Assembly: GCA_963656825.1 (NCBI GenBank)
Contig: CAVKJG010000004.1
Coordinates: forward strand, 1-61,020
Direction of reading: 5' to 3'
DNA from: Sphaerochaetaceae bacterium
GTDB taxonomy: Bacteria; Bacillota; Clostridia; Oscillospirales; CAG-272
DNA: 61,020 nucleotides
Part shown: positions 8,291-18,118 of the stretch, piece by piece
How positions within the stretch are numbered: the stretch's first letter is position 1
How the letters are laid out: every line of letters starts with the position of its first letter
Position numbers and translations under genes: made by a program
The notes under the pieces: model-generated
The model's database searches: none
Told to the model about the DNA's origin: nothing
Seen by the model: the letters and a program-made list of their open reading frames with translations, nothing else

Positions 8291-9095
8291 ATTTGTTTGC
8301 GGAAAGCTTTATCAGCTTTTCTGCGTTTTTATAAAACAGCTTTTCTTTCTGCTCTGCGGAAAGCTCAAGCTTATTTATAAAAGCCATTGTGTCTGCGGGT
8401 GTTTCCCACGGAGAATCGGTTGCAAACATTATCCTGTCGCCGTCAAATGCGGAAAAGACCTTTTTCGCGCCGTCCACGTCGCCGACATGAGAAGAATAGG
8501 CGGTGTCTATCCATATATTTTTCTTTGACAGAAGCTCAGCCGATTTTTCGTACATAAAGTTTGCGCCGAGATGCGCGCAGACAAGACGCAGTGAAGGGAA
8601 CTTATCGCACACGGAAGCAATCATTTCGGGAGTTGCGTGAACGTGATCGAGCGAAACGAAATCGAGTCCGGCGTGAATGATGACCGTCAGGTCGTATTCC
8701 GCGCAGGCTGAAAGCACCTCGGAAAAAGCGTCGTCGTCGAAATTATGTCCCATAAAGTCGGGATGAAGCTTGACGCCGTAAAGCCCAAGCTCTTTTATCT
8801 CCTTTGCGGCGGCTTTTTTGTCGGGACAATCGGGATTTATCGAGCCGAACGAAATAATTCTTCCTTTATAATTATTTATGGAGGCGGCAAACTTATTTAC
8901 GTTTTCCTGCTGACGGGGATTTGTCGCAATGTTGAGCACAAAGCTTTTGTCAACCCCGTATTTGTCCATCGAAGCAATAAGCCCAGAAAGAGTGCCGTCG
9001 GTATGCGCAAGCTGCTTGCTTTCGCCGGACAGAACGCCTATTGCTTTAGGAGCAAGCGCGTCGGGAAAGCAGTGCGTATGTGTGTCTGTAAGCAT
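8289..9095 (-). CDS. amidohydrolase-family (TIM-barrel metal-dependent hydrolase) protein
   Basis: N-terminus MLTDTHTHCFP (HxH metal motif). 268-aa length and composition fit the PF04909-type amidohydrolases. Confidence 0.6.
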   Translation of the reverse strand: MLTDTHTHCFPDALAPKAIGVLSGESKQLAHTDGTLSGLIASMDKYGVDKSFVLNIATNPRQQENVNKFAASINNYKGRIISFGSINPDCPDKKAAAKEIKELGLYGVKLHPDFMGHNFDDDAFSEVLSACAEYDLTVIIHAGLDFVSLDHVHATPEMIASVCDKFPSLRLVCAHLGANFMYEKSAELLSKKNIWIDTAYSSHVGDVDGAKKVFSAFDGDRIMFATDSPWETPADTMAFINKLELSAEQKEKLFYKNAEKLIKLSANK

Positions 9096-9096
9096 T

Positions 9097-9351
9097 TCAG
9101 TTTTTCATTGCCTCTTCTATTGCTTTTGCAAGCTGATCGGGGCAGGAGGTTCCTCTGCCGCCGCAGTCGGTTCCGCGAAGAAGCTTTACGACCTCGTCAG
9201 CCTTTCTGCCTATCACAAGCTTTGCAACGCCCTGAGTATTGCCGTTGCAGCCTCCGATAAATTTAACATCGCGGATTATGCCGTCTTCTATTTCAATATG
9301 CACCATTCTCGAGCATGTGCCGTGAGTTTTGTAATCAAGTGTTTTTGTCAT
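9097..9351 (-). CDS. TSCPD-domain small protein (TIGR03905-like, 4-Cys)
   Basis: 84 aa with the motifs HGTCSR...GGCNGN...GTSCPDQLA. Confidence 0.65.
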   Translation of the reverse strand: MTKTLDYKTHGTCSRMVHIEIEDGIIRDVKFIGGCNGNTQGVAKLVIGRKADEVVKLLRGTDCGGRGTSCPDQLAKAIEEAMKN

Positions 9352-9540
9352 ATATAAACCTTCTTTTTTAACTTAATTCCAATAAATTATACCATAATCA
9401 AATCAAAAATCCACAGTAATTTTGAAAAAACAACTTATTTGTATAAACTGCACAAAAAATCGCTTGAAATTTCTCTGATTTTCTCTGCACATTTTTTTGG
9501 AGATTTTTCAAAAAAGTATTGCAAAAAAGCAAGGTATAAT

Positions 9541-9842
9541 GTAAAATAAAAAAGCTTGATGTGCGATGAAGCGGGAGGTTGCCGTGATTTCACGGGGAAT
9601 TTCCGCAGAGTATGTCCGACATTGAACCGGGCGAGAGCTTTTCGGAATCTCACAGGTGTTTTTCGGATATTGCACCGCGTGCGGTGTCAATCCTATGAAA
9701 AAAACACATTTGCCGCCGGAATATTTTCCGGTTTTTATTTAGAGGGTGTGGAAACGCCCGGCAGAGTGTTCCATAAAGCTGAGGCGCTGAGAAAAGCGCC
9801 GCCGCCTACTTAAAAAAATCTTAAACAGGAGGCAAAAAGAAA
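9541..9842 (+). promoter_or_regulatory. long structured 5' leader of the S10 operon with an internal terminator-like hairpin (9716-9740)
   Basis: A TATAAT at 9535-9540 has no good -35. CCGGAA-TATT-TTCCGG followed by TTTTTATTT lies about 100 nt upstream of rpsJ. No other promoter is evident between the hairpin and rpsJ. Confidence 0.35.
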
Positions 9843-10154
9843 GTGGCAACAAGCGAAAAAATCCGAATCAGACTCAAAAGCTACGATCACACTCTGATCG
9901 ACGCCGCAGCGAAGAAGATCGTTGAAACCGCAAAGAGAAACGGCTCTGAAGTTTCCGGTCCCATTCCGCTCCCCACGGAGAAGGAAATCGTTACAATACT
10001 GCGCGCGGTCCACAAATACAAGGACAGCAGAGAGCAGTTCGAAATCAGAACCCACAAGAGACTTATCGACGTAATCAAGCCGTCGCAGAAAACAATTGAA
10101 GCTCTTACGGGTCTTGAACTTCCGGCCGGCGTTGAAATTGAAATCAAGCTTTAA
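9843..10154 (+). CDS. rpsJ: 30S ribosomal protein S10
   Basis: GTG start. N-terminus [15 protein letters not shown], and first gene of the cluster. Confidence 0.95.
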   Translation: MATSEKIRIRLKSYDHTLIDAAAKKIVETAKRNGSEVSGPIPLPTEKEIVTILRAVHKYKDSREQFEIRTHKRLIDVIKPSQKTIEALTGLELPAGVEIEIKL

Positions 10155-10289
10155 TCCACACAAACGGTCTGATCAATTTCAATTGGCATAGATGCGGGAA
10201 CAATCTTCCTAATTTATATATGCCGCGGTCACGTTGACCCGCTCAGCTTGCGTGATGGTCAACCAATAACCAAAACAGGAGGAAAAACA

Positions 10290-10922
10290 ATGAAAAAAGG
10301 TATCATCGGTAAGAAAATCGGCATGACGCAGATTTTCGACGAGGCCGGAAATGTGGTTCCGGTCACGGTAATCGAGGCAGGTCCCTGCGTTGTCGTTCAG
10401 AAGAAGACAACCGAAACCGACGGCTATGACAGCGTTCAGCTCGGTTTTGAGGACATTGCCGACAAGAAGCTCACAAAGCCTGTGGCAGGTCATTTTGCCA
10501 AAGCAGGCGTTGCGGCTAAAAGACATCTCAAGGAGTTCCGTCTTGACGGCGCAAAGGAGATGAACGTAGGCGACATCGTTGCAGCCGATACGTTCGCTGC
10601 CGGCGACAGAGTTGATGTCACGGGCATCACAAAGGGTCGCGGCTATTCCGGCGTTATAAAGAGATGGAATTGCCACAAGCTCAGAATGACGCACGGCGTA
10701 GGCCCTGTTCACCGTCAACCCGGTTCAATGGGCGCTAACTCTTCTCCGTCGCGTATATTCAAAAACAAAAAGATGGCTGGTCAGTACGGTAACGAACAGG
10801 TTACGGTACAGAACCTTAACGTAGTACGTGTTGACGTTGAAAAGAACCTCATCGCAGTCAAGGGTGCAATCCCCGGCGCGAAGGGCGGAATCGTATTCAT
10901 CCGCAACACGGTTAAAGGCTGA
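10290..10922 (+). CDS. rplC: 50S ribosomal protein L3
   Basis: Internal ATG with GGAGG upstream. N-terminus [16 protein letters not shown]. Confidence 0.95.
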   Translation: MKKGIIGKKIGMTQIFDEAGNVVPVTVIEAGPCVVVQKKTTETDGYDSVQLGFEDIADKKLTKPVAGHFAKAGVAAKRHLKEFRLDGAKEMNVGDIVAADTFAAGDRVDVTGITKGRGYSGVIKRWNCHKLRMTHGVGPVHRQPGSMGANSSPSRIFKNKKMAGQYGNEQVTVQNLNVVRVDVEKNLIAVKGAIPGAKGGIVFIRNTVKG

Positions 10923-10939
10923 GAAGGAGGAACGACACA

Positions 10940-11563
10940 ATGGCTGAAATGAAAGTTTTGGACATGTCCGGTGCTCAGGTTGGCACAATTGACCTCTGCG
11001 ACTCCGTGTTCGCGGTTGAAGTCAACGAAGCTATCCTTCATGCAGCGGTCAGAATGTACCTTCTCAATCAAAGACAGGGTACACAGTCTGCTCTTACGAG
11101 AACAGAAGTTTCCGGCGGCGGTAAGAAACCGTGGCGCCAGAAGGGAACAGGCAGAGCAAGACAGGGCAGCACACGTGCTCCTCAGTGGACGCACGGCGGC
11201 GTTGTATTTGCCCCGAAGCCCAGATCATACCGCACGGCAATGAACAAGAAGACAAGACAGCTTGCTATAAAGGGCGCTCTTTCTTCAAAGGTTTCCGGCG
11301 GAGAGTTCGTTTGCGTTGACGCTATCACGGCAAGCGAATACAAAACAAAGACAATGGTGAATATGCTCAAGGCTATCGGCGCAGAAGGAAAGGCACTTGT
11401 TGTTCTTTCCGAAAAGAACGATATGGTAGTCCGCAGCCTTGCAAACATTCCCGGCGTTAAGACGGCGTATGCGAACACAATCAATGTGTACGACATTCTT
11501 AACTGTGACAAGCTTGTTATGGCTAAGGGCGCGGTCGAACAGATCACGGAGGTGTATGCATAA
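10940..11563 (+). CDS. rplD: 50S ribosomal protein L4
   Basis: Contains the GGGKKPWRQKGTGRARQGS motif. Confidence 0.95.
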   Translation: MAEMKVLDMSGAQVGTIDLCDSVFAVEVNEAILHAAVRMYLLNQRQGTQSALTRTEVSGGGKKPWRQKGTGRARQGSTRAPQWTHGGVVFAPKPRSYRTAMNKKTRQLAIKGALSSKVSGGEFVCVDAITASEYKTKTMVNMLKAIGAEGKALVVLSEKNDMVVRSLANIPGVKTAYANTINVYDILNCDKLVMAKGAVEQITEVYA

Positions 11564-11862
11564 TGAAAACGGCTCATGATATTATAATCAGACCGATTAT
11601 TTCGGAAGCAAGCCTTGACGGAACAAAAACGAAGAAATACACGTTTGAAGTTCTTCGCAACGCCACAAAGCCCGAAATCGCAAGCGCGGTTGAAGCGGTT
11701 TTCGACGGCGTCAAGGTAGCGTCCGTTAATACGGTCAGCGTAAAGAGCAAACCGAAGTCACTCGGCGGTCACAAGCCCGGTGCAACAAGAACATGGAAGA
11801 AAGCGATCGTCACTCTTACGAAGGATTCCAAGACGATAGCATTCTTCGACGGAATGATCTAA
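11563..11862 (+). CDS. rplW: 50S ribosomal protein L23
   Basis: 99 aa, and its position between rplD and rplB fits. Confidence 0.9.
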   Translation: MKTAHDIIIRPIISEASLDGTKTKKYTFEVLRNATKPEIASAVEAVFDGVKVASVNTVSVKSKPKSLGGHKPGATRTWKKAIVTLTKDSKTIAFFDGMI

Positions 11863-11880
11863 TGAGGAGGAGCAGCGAAA

Positions 11881-12714
11881 ATGGCAACAGTAAAATATAA
11901 TCCTACGACTCCCGGCAGAAGAGGAATGACGGTTCCGGATTTTGCGGAAATCACAAAGTTCACTCCCGAGAAGAGCCTTCTTACAGTTAAGAAAAAACAT
12001 GCCGGCAGAAACAGCTACGGCAAAATCACCGTCCGTCATCACGGCGGCGGCAACAAGCAGAAATACAGAATAGTCGACTTCAAGCGCGATTATTTTGAAG
12101 GCGCGGCAAAGGTTATCGGCGTTGAATACGATCCCAACCGCACTGCTTACATCGCCCTCATTCAGTATGAAAGCGGCGAAAAGAAGTATATCATCGCTCC
12201 CGTAGGTCTTACGGACGGCGATATGATATATTCCGGAGCGGAAGCCGACATCAAGCCTGGCAACACGCTTCCCATAGAAAAAATCCCCGTAGGTACATTT
12301 ATCTACAACATTGAACTTTACGCAGGCAAGGGCGGTCAGCTCGTTCGCAGTGCGGGAAGCGCAGCTCAGCTTATGGCGAAAGAAAACGGCATGGCTCAGG
12401 TAAGACTTCCCTCGGGCGAGGTAAGACTTATTCACCTTGATTGCAAAGCGACAATCGGTCAGGTTTCCAACATCGATCACGAAAACGTCAAGGTCGGTAA
12501 AGCAGGTAAGACACGCCACAGAGGCGTTCGTCCTACGGTACGCGGTTCGGTAATGAACCCCTGCGATCACCCTCACGGCGGTGGTGAAGGTAAGTCACCT
12601 ATCGGTCGTCCCACTCCCGTTACTCCTTGGGGCAAGCCCACAATGGGTTATAAGACGAGAGACAAGAAGGCAAGAACCGAAAAGTTCATTGTAAAACACA
12701 GAAACGGTAAATAA
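11881..12714 (+). CDS. rplB: 50S ribosomal protein L2
   Basis: Contains the [17 protein letters not shown] motif. Confidence 0.97.
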   Translation: MATVKYNPTTPGRRGMTVPDFAEITKFTPEKSLLTVKKKHAGRNSYGKITVRHHGGGNKQKYRIVDFKRDYFEGAAKVIGVEYDPNRTAYIALIQYESGEKKYIIAPVGLTDGDMIYSGAEADIKPGNTLPIEKIPVGTFIYNIELYAGKGGQLVRSAGSAAQLMAKENGMAQVRLPSGEVRLIHLDCKATIGQVSNIDHENVKVGKAGKTRHRGVRPTVRGSVMNPCDHPHGGGEGKSPIGRPTPVTPWGKPTMGYKTRDKKARTEKFIVKHRNGK

Positions 12715-12727
12715 GGAGGCATAAGAA

Positions 12728-13003
12728 ATGAGCAGAAGCTTGAAAAAAGGACCTTTCGTTGAAGAAAAGCTTTATTCCAGAGTTGAAGCCATGAATAAAG
12801 CCGGAGAGAAAAAGGTCGTTAAAACCTGGTCGCGTGCTTCCGTTATCTTCCCTGAATTCGTTGGACACACAATAGCTGTTCACGACGGAAGAAAACACGT
12901 TCCGGTTTATGTGACGGAGGATATGGTAGGACATCGCCTCGGCGAGTTCGCTCCCACCCGTACCTTCCGCGGACATTCCGGTTCAAAAACATCAAACACC
13001 TAA
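12728..13003 (+). CDS. rpsS: 30S ribosomal protein S19
   Basis: N-terminus [11 protein letters not shown], and [11 protein letters not shown]. Confidence 0.97.
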   Translation: MSRSLKKGPFVEEKLYSRVEAMNKAGEKKVVKTWSRASVIFPEFVGHTIAVHDGRKHVPVYVTEDMVGHRLGEFAPTRTFRGHSGSKTSNT

Positions 13004-13032
13004 TGTACCGAGCTAAGGAGGAATAAGTTATT

Positions 13033-13368
13033 ATGGAAGCAAGAGCATATCTTAAATATGCCAGAATTTCCCCGCGCAAAGTACAGATAGTGCTTGACCT
13101 TATCAGAGGTAAGGATGCGGGAACCGCAATGGCAATACTCAAAAACACTCCCAAATCGGCAAGCGAATACCTTGTAAAGCTGCTTAAGAGCGCAATTGCA
13201 AACGCCGAAAACAATTTCGGTATGGACGCAAGCAAGCTTTACGTATCCGAATGCTTCGTTTGCCCCGGCCCCACGCTTAAGAGACTTCTTCCGCGTGCCA
13301 AGGGCAGTGCAGACAGACTCCTCAAGAGATCGTCTCATGTTACGATCGCTGTGAAGGAAAGAGCTTAA
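13033..13368 (+). CDS. rplV: 50S ribosomal protein L22
   Basis: [17 protein letters not shown] and cluster position. Confidence 0.95.
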   Translation: MEARAYLKYARISPRKVQIVLDLIRGKDAGTAMAILKNTPKSASEYLVKLLKSAIANAENNFGMDASKLYVSECFVCPGPTLKRLLPRAKGSADRLLKRSSHVTIAVKERA

Positions 13369-13385
13369 GAGAGGGAGGACGAAAA

Positions 13386-14192
13386 ATGGGTCAGAAAGTT
13401 AATCCGCACGGTCTTCGTGTCGGTGTAATCAAGGATTGGGATTCGAGATGGTTCGCAGATGACAAAACATTCGGCGACACGCTCGTATCTGACTACAAAC
13501 TGAGAAAGTATCTCAAAGAGAAGCTTTACTCCGCAGGCGTTCCGAAGATAGAAATCGAACGCACGCCCCAGAACGTAAAGGTTCTCATCCACTGTGCTAA
13601 GCCCGGTGTTGTTATCGGTCGCGGCGGCGCTGAAATCGAAAAGCTCCGCGTTGAGATCGAAAAGCTCGTCGGCAAGCCTGCTCTCGTCAACGTTGCGGAG
13701 GTTAAATCTCCCGACCTCGACGCTCAGCTTGTTGCGGAAAGCATCGCAGCACAGCTCGAAAAGAGAATTGCGTTCCGTCGTGCCATGAAACAGGCTATCG
13801 GCAGAACGATGAGACTCGGTGCAAAGGGAATAAAGATTTCCTGCGGCGGACGTCTTAACGGCGCCGAAATCGCAAGAACCGAGCACTACCACGAAGGTAC
13901 GATTCCGCTTCAGACGATTCGCGCCGATATCGACTACGGTTTTGCGGAAGCAAACACAACCTACGGCAAGATAGGCATCAAGTGCTGGATCTACAAGGGC
14001 GAAATCCTTGCAGACAAGATGGCCAAGGGCTATGTTCCTTCCGAAAGACCTCGCGACGGCAGAAGAAACGACAGAGGCGACCGCAAGGGCGGAGATCGCA
14101 GAAACGGTGATCGCAAGCCGAACTTCGCGGGAAGCAATCGTGCTCCCAGACAGCAGCACAGAGACGGAGGCGATAAAAATGTTAATGCCTAA
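13386..14192 (+). CDS. rpsC: 30S ribosomal protein S3 with an Arg/Asp/Gly-rich C-terminal tail
   Basis: N-terminus [13 protein letters not shown]. The 268-aa length includes a ~50-aa low-complexity tail. Confidence 0.95.
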   Translation: MGQKVNPHGLRVGVIKDWDSRWFADDKTFGDTLVSDYKLRKYLKEKLYSAGVPKIEIERTPQNVKVLIHCAKPGVVIGRGGAEIEKLRVEIEKLVGKPALVNVAEVKSPDLDAQLVAESIAAQLEKRIAFRRAMKQAIGRTMRLGAKGIKISCGGRLNGAEIARTEHYHEGTIPLQTIRADIDYGFAEANTTYGKIGIKCWIYKGEILADKMAKGYVPSERPRDGRRNDRGDRKGGDRRNGDRKPNFAGSNRAPRQQHRDGGDKNVNA

Positions 14193-14601
14193 AAGAGTTA
14201 AATACAGACGTGTGCAGCGCGGACGTCTGAAGGGCAAGGCTACAAGAGGCAACACCGTAACATACGGAACGTACGGTCTTGCGGCGCTTGAACCCGCTTG
14301 GATCACAAGCAACCAGATAGAAGCAGCCCGTATCGCTATGACGCGTTACATCAAGCGTGGCGGTCAGGTATGGATAAAAATCTTCCCGGATAAGCCGATA
14401 ACGGAAAAGCCCGCTGAAACCCGAATGGGTTCCGGTAAAGGTTCTCCCGAATACTGGGTTGCAGTTGTTAAGCCGGGCAGAGTTATGTTTGAGATGGACG
14501 GCGTAAGCGAAGCAGACGCAAAGGAAGCTATGCGTCTTGCGGCGAACAAGCTCCCGATCAAATGTAAGTTTGTAAAGAAAGAAGAAGCAGAGGAGGAATA
14601 A
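14179..14601 (+). CDS. rplP: 50S ribosomal protein L16
   Basis: Internal ATG gives [15 protein letters not shown]. Overlaps the rpsC end by 14 nt. Confidence 0.93.
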   Translation: MLMPKRVKYRRVQRGRLKGKATRGNTVTYGTYGLAALEPAWITSNQIEAARIAMTRYIKRGGQVWIKIFPDKPITEKPAETRMGSGKGSPEYWVAVVKPGRVMFEMDGVSEADAKEAMRLAANKLPIKCKFVKKEEAEEE

Positions 14602-14605
14602 TACA

Positions 14606-14797
14606 GTGAAAGCAGCAGAACTTAAAACAATGACTTCCGCTGAACTCGACGCGAAGCTCAAGGAGCTTAAAGCTGAGCTGTTCAACCTTCGCTTCCAGCA
14701 CGCGATAAACCAGCTTGACAATCCCCACAAGATTACGGAAACCAAGAGGGACATCGCGAGAGTTATGACAGTCCTTCGCGAGAAGAACGAACAGTAA
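14606..14797 (+). CDS. rpmC: 50S ribosomal protein L29
   Basis: 63 aa with GTG start and [12 protein letters not shown]. Confidence 0.93.
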   Translation: MKAAELKTMTSAELDAKLKELKAELFNLRFQHAINQLDNPHKITETKRDIARVMTVLREKNEQ

Positions 14798-14817
14798 TCT
14801 GAGAGAGGAGAAATGTC

Positions 14818-15084
14818 ATGAGTGAAGTAACAGAGAGAAATCTCAGAAAAACGAGAGTCGGCAAGGTCGTAAGCGACAAGATGGACAAAACGATCGTTGT
14901 TGCTATCGAAGACAACGTTAAGCACCCCAAGTACGGCAAAGTCGTCAAGAGAACGGTAAAGCTCAAGGCTCACGATGAGAACAATGAGTGCGGTATCGGC
15001 GACAAGGTCAGCGTAATGGAAACAAGACCCCTTTCAAAAGACAAGAGATGGCGTCTGGTTTCCATAATCGAAAAAGCAAAATAA
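14818..15084 (+). CDS. rpsQ: 30S ribosomal protein S17
   Basis: 88 aa with [19 protein letters not shown]. Confidence 0.95.
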   Translation: MSEVTERNLRKTRVGKVVSDKMDKTIVVAIEDNVKHPKYGKVVKRTVKLKAHDENNECGIGDKVSVMETRPLSKDKRWRLVSIIEKAK

Positions 15085-15156
15085 AATTCACAGTGCAGGG
15101 CTGGAGCGGCGGATTGCCGCAGCCTGTGAGATGTGAATGCTAAGGAGGAAAGCACA

Positions 15157-15525
15157 GTGATACAACAGCAATCGCTTATGAAAGTCGCCGACAATACCGG
15201 CGCAAAAGAACTTATGTGTATTCGTGTGCTCGGCGGTACCGGAAGAAGATATGCCGGTGTCGGAGATGTTGTGGTCGCGGCTGTCAAAAAGGCAGCTCCC
15301 GGCGGTCAGGTAAAGAAGGGCGAAGTCGTAAAGGCTGTAATCGTCCGTACCGTTAAGGGCATCAAACGTCCTGACGGCTCTACCCTCAGATTCGACGAGA
15401 ATGCGGCTGTAATCATCAAGGATGACAAAACGCCGAGAGGCACGCGTATATTTGGACCTGTAGCAAGAGAGCTCAGAGACAAGGACTATCTTAAAATCCT
15501 TTCTCTCGCACCCGAAGTACTTTAA
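15157..15525 (+). CDS. rplN: 50S ribosomal protein L14
   Basis: GTG 15157 with AAGGAGG upstream gives [17 protein letters not shown]. Confidence 0.93.
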   Translation: MIQQQSLMKVADNTGAKELMCIRVLGGTGRRYAGVGDVVVAAVKKAAPGGQVKKGEVVKAVIVRTVKGIKRPDGSTLRFDENAAVIIKDDKTPRGTRIFGPVARELRDKDYLKILSLAPEVL

Positions 15526-15540
15526 TGGAGGAATCTTAAA

Positions 15541-15879
15541 ATGAAAATGCATATCAGAAAAGACGATACCGTTATTGTTATTTCCGGCGACGACAAGGGC
15601 GTCAAAGGCAAGGTAATGGCGGTATCCCCCGAAGAGGGCAAGGTTATCGTTGAAAAAGTAAACGTACAGACCAAGCACGTTAAAGCAAGAAATCAGAACG
15701 ATCCCAGCGGCATAATGAAGGTCGAGGGCGCGCTCTATGCAGACAAGGTCATGCTTTATTGCGATAAGTGCAAGGCAGGTCGCCGCGTAAAGACACTTGT
15801 TGAAACAACAAAGGACAAAAACGGCAAGACCAAAAAGACAAAGACCCGCGTTTGCGCAAAATGCGGAAGCAAGTTTTAA
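15541..15879 (+). CDS. rplX: 50S ribosomal protein L24 with a CxxC...CxxC C-terminal segment
   Basis: KOW region IRKDDTVIVISGDDKGVKGKV, then CDKCKAGRR...CAKCGSKF. Confidence 0.9.
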   Translation: MKMHIRKDDTVIVISGDDKGVKGKVMAVSPEEGKVIVEKVNVQTKHVKARNQNDPSGIMKVEGALYADKVMLYCDKCKAGRRVKTLVETTKDKNGKTKKTKTRVCAKCGSKF

Positions 15880-15894
15880 TGGAGGTAAGATGAA

Positions 15895-16437
15895 ATGGCA
15901 GCAAGATTGAAAGAATTTTATAAAGCCGAAGTCGCTCCGGAACTTGCAAAACAGTTTTCGTACAAGAGCCCGATGCAGATACCGAGATTTGATAAGATCG
16001 TTATCAACATGGGCTGCGGCGAAGGCAAAGACAACCCGAAGGTTATTGACCTCGCTATCGGTTATCTTACCGATATCACAGGTCAGAAGGCCGTACCCAC
16101 ATTCGCAAAGAAGTCGGTAGCAAACTTCAAGGTAAGAGCCGGAATGAAGATCGGCGCAAAGGTTACGCTCCGCGGTGACAGAATGTTCGAATTTATGGAC
16201 AGACTGTTCAACCTCGCGCTTCCCCGCGTCCGTGACTTCCGCGGTATCAATCCCAACGCTTTCGACGGCCGCGGCAACTACTCGCTCGGTCTTAAAGAGC
16301 AGCTCATCTTCCCCGAAATCGAATACGACAAGGTTGAGAAGATAATGGGTATGGATATTACCTTTGTTACGACTGCAACAACAGACGAAGAAGCAAAGAC
16401 GCTCCTCACACTGATGGGCGCTCCCTTTGCAAAATAA
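15895..16437 (+). CDS. rplE: 50S ribosomal protein L5
   Basis: 180 aa. [10 protein letters not shown]...[12 protein letters not shown]-type N-terminus. Confidence 0.95.
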   Translation: MAARLKEFYKAEVAPELAKQFSYKSPMQIPRFDKIVINMGCGEGKDNPKVIDLAIGYLTDITGQKAVPTFAKKSVANFKVRAGMKIGAKVTLRGDRMFEFMDRLFNLALPRVRDFRGINPNAFDGRGNYSLGLKEQLIFPEIEYDKVEKIMGMDITFVTTATTDEEAKTLLTLMGAPFAK

Positions 16438-16451
16438 TGGGGGTAAAATAA

Positions 16452-16637
16452 ATGGCAAAAACAGCATTAAAACTCAAACAGCAGAAGCCTCAGAAGTATT
16501 CCACAAGAGAATACACAAGATGCAAAATCTGCGGCAGACCTCACGCATATCTCCGTAAATACGGCATTTGCAGAATCTGCTTCCGTGAGCTTGCTTACAA
16601 GGGTCAGATACCCGGCGTAAAGAAATCAAGCTGGTAA
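16452..16637 (+). CDS. rpsZ: 30S ribosomal protein S14 type Z (zinc form)
   Basis: 61 aa with [20 protein letters not shown]. Confidence 0.95.
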   Translation: MAKTALKLKQQKPQKYSTREYTRCKICGRPHAYLRKYGICRICFRELAYKGQIPGVKKSSW

Positions 16638-16773
16638 TAACACGGTAAACGCTCCATCTTGTCGGAAGGAAAGCGAAGAGCTTTAACCGCCGACACGCCG
16701 CCGGAAAAATTCCGGCAGGCAAGGCGAAGCGCACACACGCTCCGCGAAAACTTGCATTAAGGAGGAAATAACA

Positions 16774-17172
16774 ATGCAAATCTCAGACGTAATTGCCGAT
16801 ATGCTCACCCGTATCAGAAATGCGAACGACGCAAAGCATGAAACGGTTGACGTACCCGCTTCCAATATGAAGAAAGCCATTGCTGACATTCTTGTTGCGG
16901 AAGGCTACATCAAGAGCTATCAGATCATCGAAGACGGCAGACAGGGAATAATCAGAATTACTCTTAAATACGGTAAGGGTAAGACAAAGACCATTCAGGG
17001 ACTCCGCAGAGTTTCCAAGCCCGGCCTTCGTATTTATTCAAACTGCGAAGACATGCCCAAGGTCCTCGGCGGACTCGGCATTGCCATCGTATCCACATCA
17101 AAGGGCATAATGACCGACAAAAAAGCCCGTGAGCTTGGCGTCGGCGGCGAAATCATCGCCTTTGTCTGGTAA
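16774..17172 (+). CDS. rpsH: 30S ribosomal protein S8
   Basis: Contains [13 protein letters not shown]. Confidence 0.95.
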   Translation: MQISDVIADMLTRIRNANDAKHETVDVPASNMKKAIADILVAEGYIKSYQIIEDGRQGIIRITLKYGKGKTKTIQGLRRVSKPGLRIYSNCEDMPKVLGGLGIAIVSTSKGIMTDKKARELGVGGEIIAFVW

Positions 17173-17190
17173 TCGGAGGGAGGAGAGAAT

Positions 17191-17727
17191 ATGTCAAGAA
17201 TCGGTAGAAAACATATCGCTGTTCCCGCAGGCGTTGACGTAACAATCAACGGCAGCACGGTTACGGTAAAGGGACCCAAGGGTACTCTTACGGAAACATT
17301 CCACTCCGGAATTTCCATAAAGAACGAGGGCGGCTTCATCATAGTCGAACGCCCCAATGATGACAAAGAATACAGAGCTTTGCACGGTCTTACACGCACG
17401 CTTATCGCCAATATGGTTGAAGGCGTTACAAACGGTTTCTCAAAAACTCTTGAGATCGTAGGCGTTGGTTACAAAGCAGCGCTCGCAAACAAAACTCTTA
17501 CTCTTGCGCTCGGTTATTCACATCCCATTATCTTCAAAGAAGAAAATGGCATAACATTTGAAGTACCAAACTCAAACGTAGTTATCGTTCACGGTATCGA
17601 CAAGCAGGCTGTCGGTCAGATCGCCGCTCAGATCCGTGAAAAGAGACCGCCTGAACCGTACCTCGGCAAGGGTGTTAAATATTCCGGCGAAAAGATTCGT
17701 CGTAAAGCCGGCAAGACCGGTAAGTAA
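17191..17727 (+). CDS. rplF: 50S ribosomal protein L6
   Basis: N-terminus MSRIGRKHIAVPAGV. Confidence 0.95.
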   Translation: MSRIGRKHIAVPAGVDVTINGSTVTVKGPKGTLTETFHSGISIKNEGGFIIVERPNDDKEYRALHGLTRTLIANMVEGVTNGFSKTLEIVGVGYKAALANKTLTLALGYSHPIIFKEENGITFEVPNSNVVIVHGIDKQAVGQIAAQIREKRPPEPYLGKGVKYSGEKIRRKAGKTGK

Positions 17728-17745
17728 TGAAAGGAGCGGACGATC

Positions 17746-18105
17746 ATGGTATCAAGAAAAGACAGCAATAAAGCTCGCCTGACCCGCCATAAGAGAGTCA
17801 GAGCGAAAATTTCAGGAACTCCCGAAAGACCGCGCCTTTGTGTTTACCGTTCTCTCGCAAACATCAGCGCACAGATCATTGATGATGTAAACGGCGTAAC
17901 ACTTGTTTCGGCGTCCTCTCTCGAGAAGGATTTTGAAAACTACGGCGGCAACAAGGATGCCGCAAAGCTCGTCGGCAAGAAGGTTGCCGAAAGAGCCCTT
18001 GAAAAAGGAATCAAAGATGTAGTATTCGACCGTGGCGGCTATGTTTACCACGGAAGAGTAGCATCACTTGCAGACGGAGCCCGCGAGGGCGGTCTCGCAT
18101 TCTGA
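17746..18105 (+). CDS. rplR: 50S ribosomal protein L18
   Basis: Contains [20 protein letters not shown] and [12 protein letters not shown]. Confidence 0.95.
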   Translation: MVSRKDSNKARLTRHKRVRAKISGTPERPRLCVYRSLANISAQIIDDVNGVTLVSASSLEKDFENYGGNKDAAKLVGKKVAERALEKGIKDVVFDRGGYVYHGRVASLADGAREGGLAF

Positions 18106-18118
18106 TAGGAGGAATAAC

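Noticed and set aside
9422-9540. Assigning a definite promoter for the S10 operon.
   Set aside because: TTGAAA 9422-9427 has a 15-nt spacer to TATAAA, and TATAAT 9535-9540 lacks a -35 at 16-18 nt. Neither is convincing enough to annotate.
14008-14178. 5' extension of the rplP ORF across the S3 tail.
   Set aside because: The L16 N-terminus [11 protein letters not shown] begins at 14179. The extension is the alternative frame of the repetitive S3 tail.
15088-16467. Very long ORFs antisense to known genes (15088-16467, 29118-30170, 31139-32584, 33271-34383, 40500-41633, 50479-51372).
   Set aside because: Each lies opposite a confidently identified gene (r-proteins, infB, GHL6, gpsA-like, MATE, GH78). 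Their translations are Arg/Cys/Phe-rich low-complexity sequence with no RBS or recognisable motifs. This is a typical by-product of codon bias on the opposite strand.
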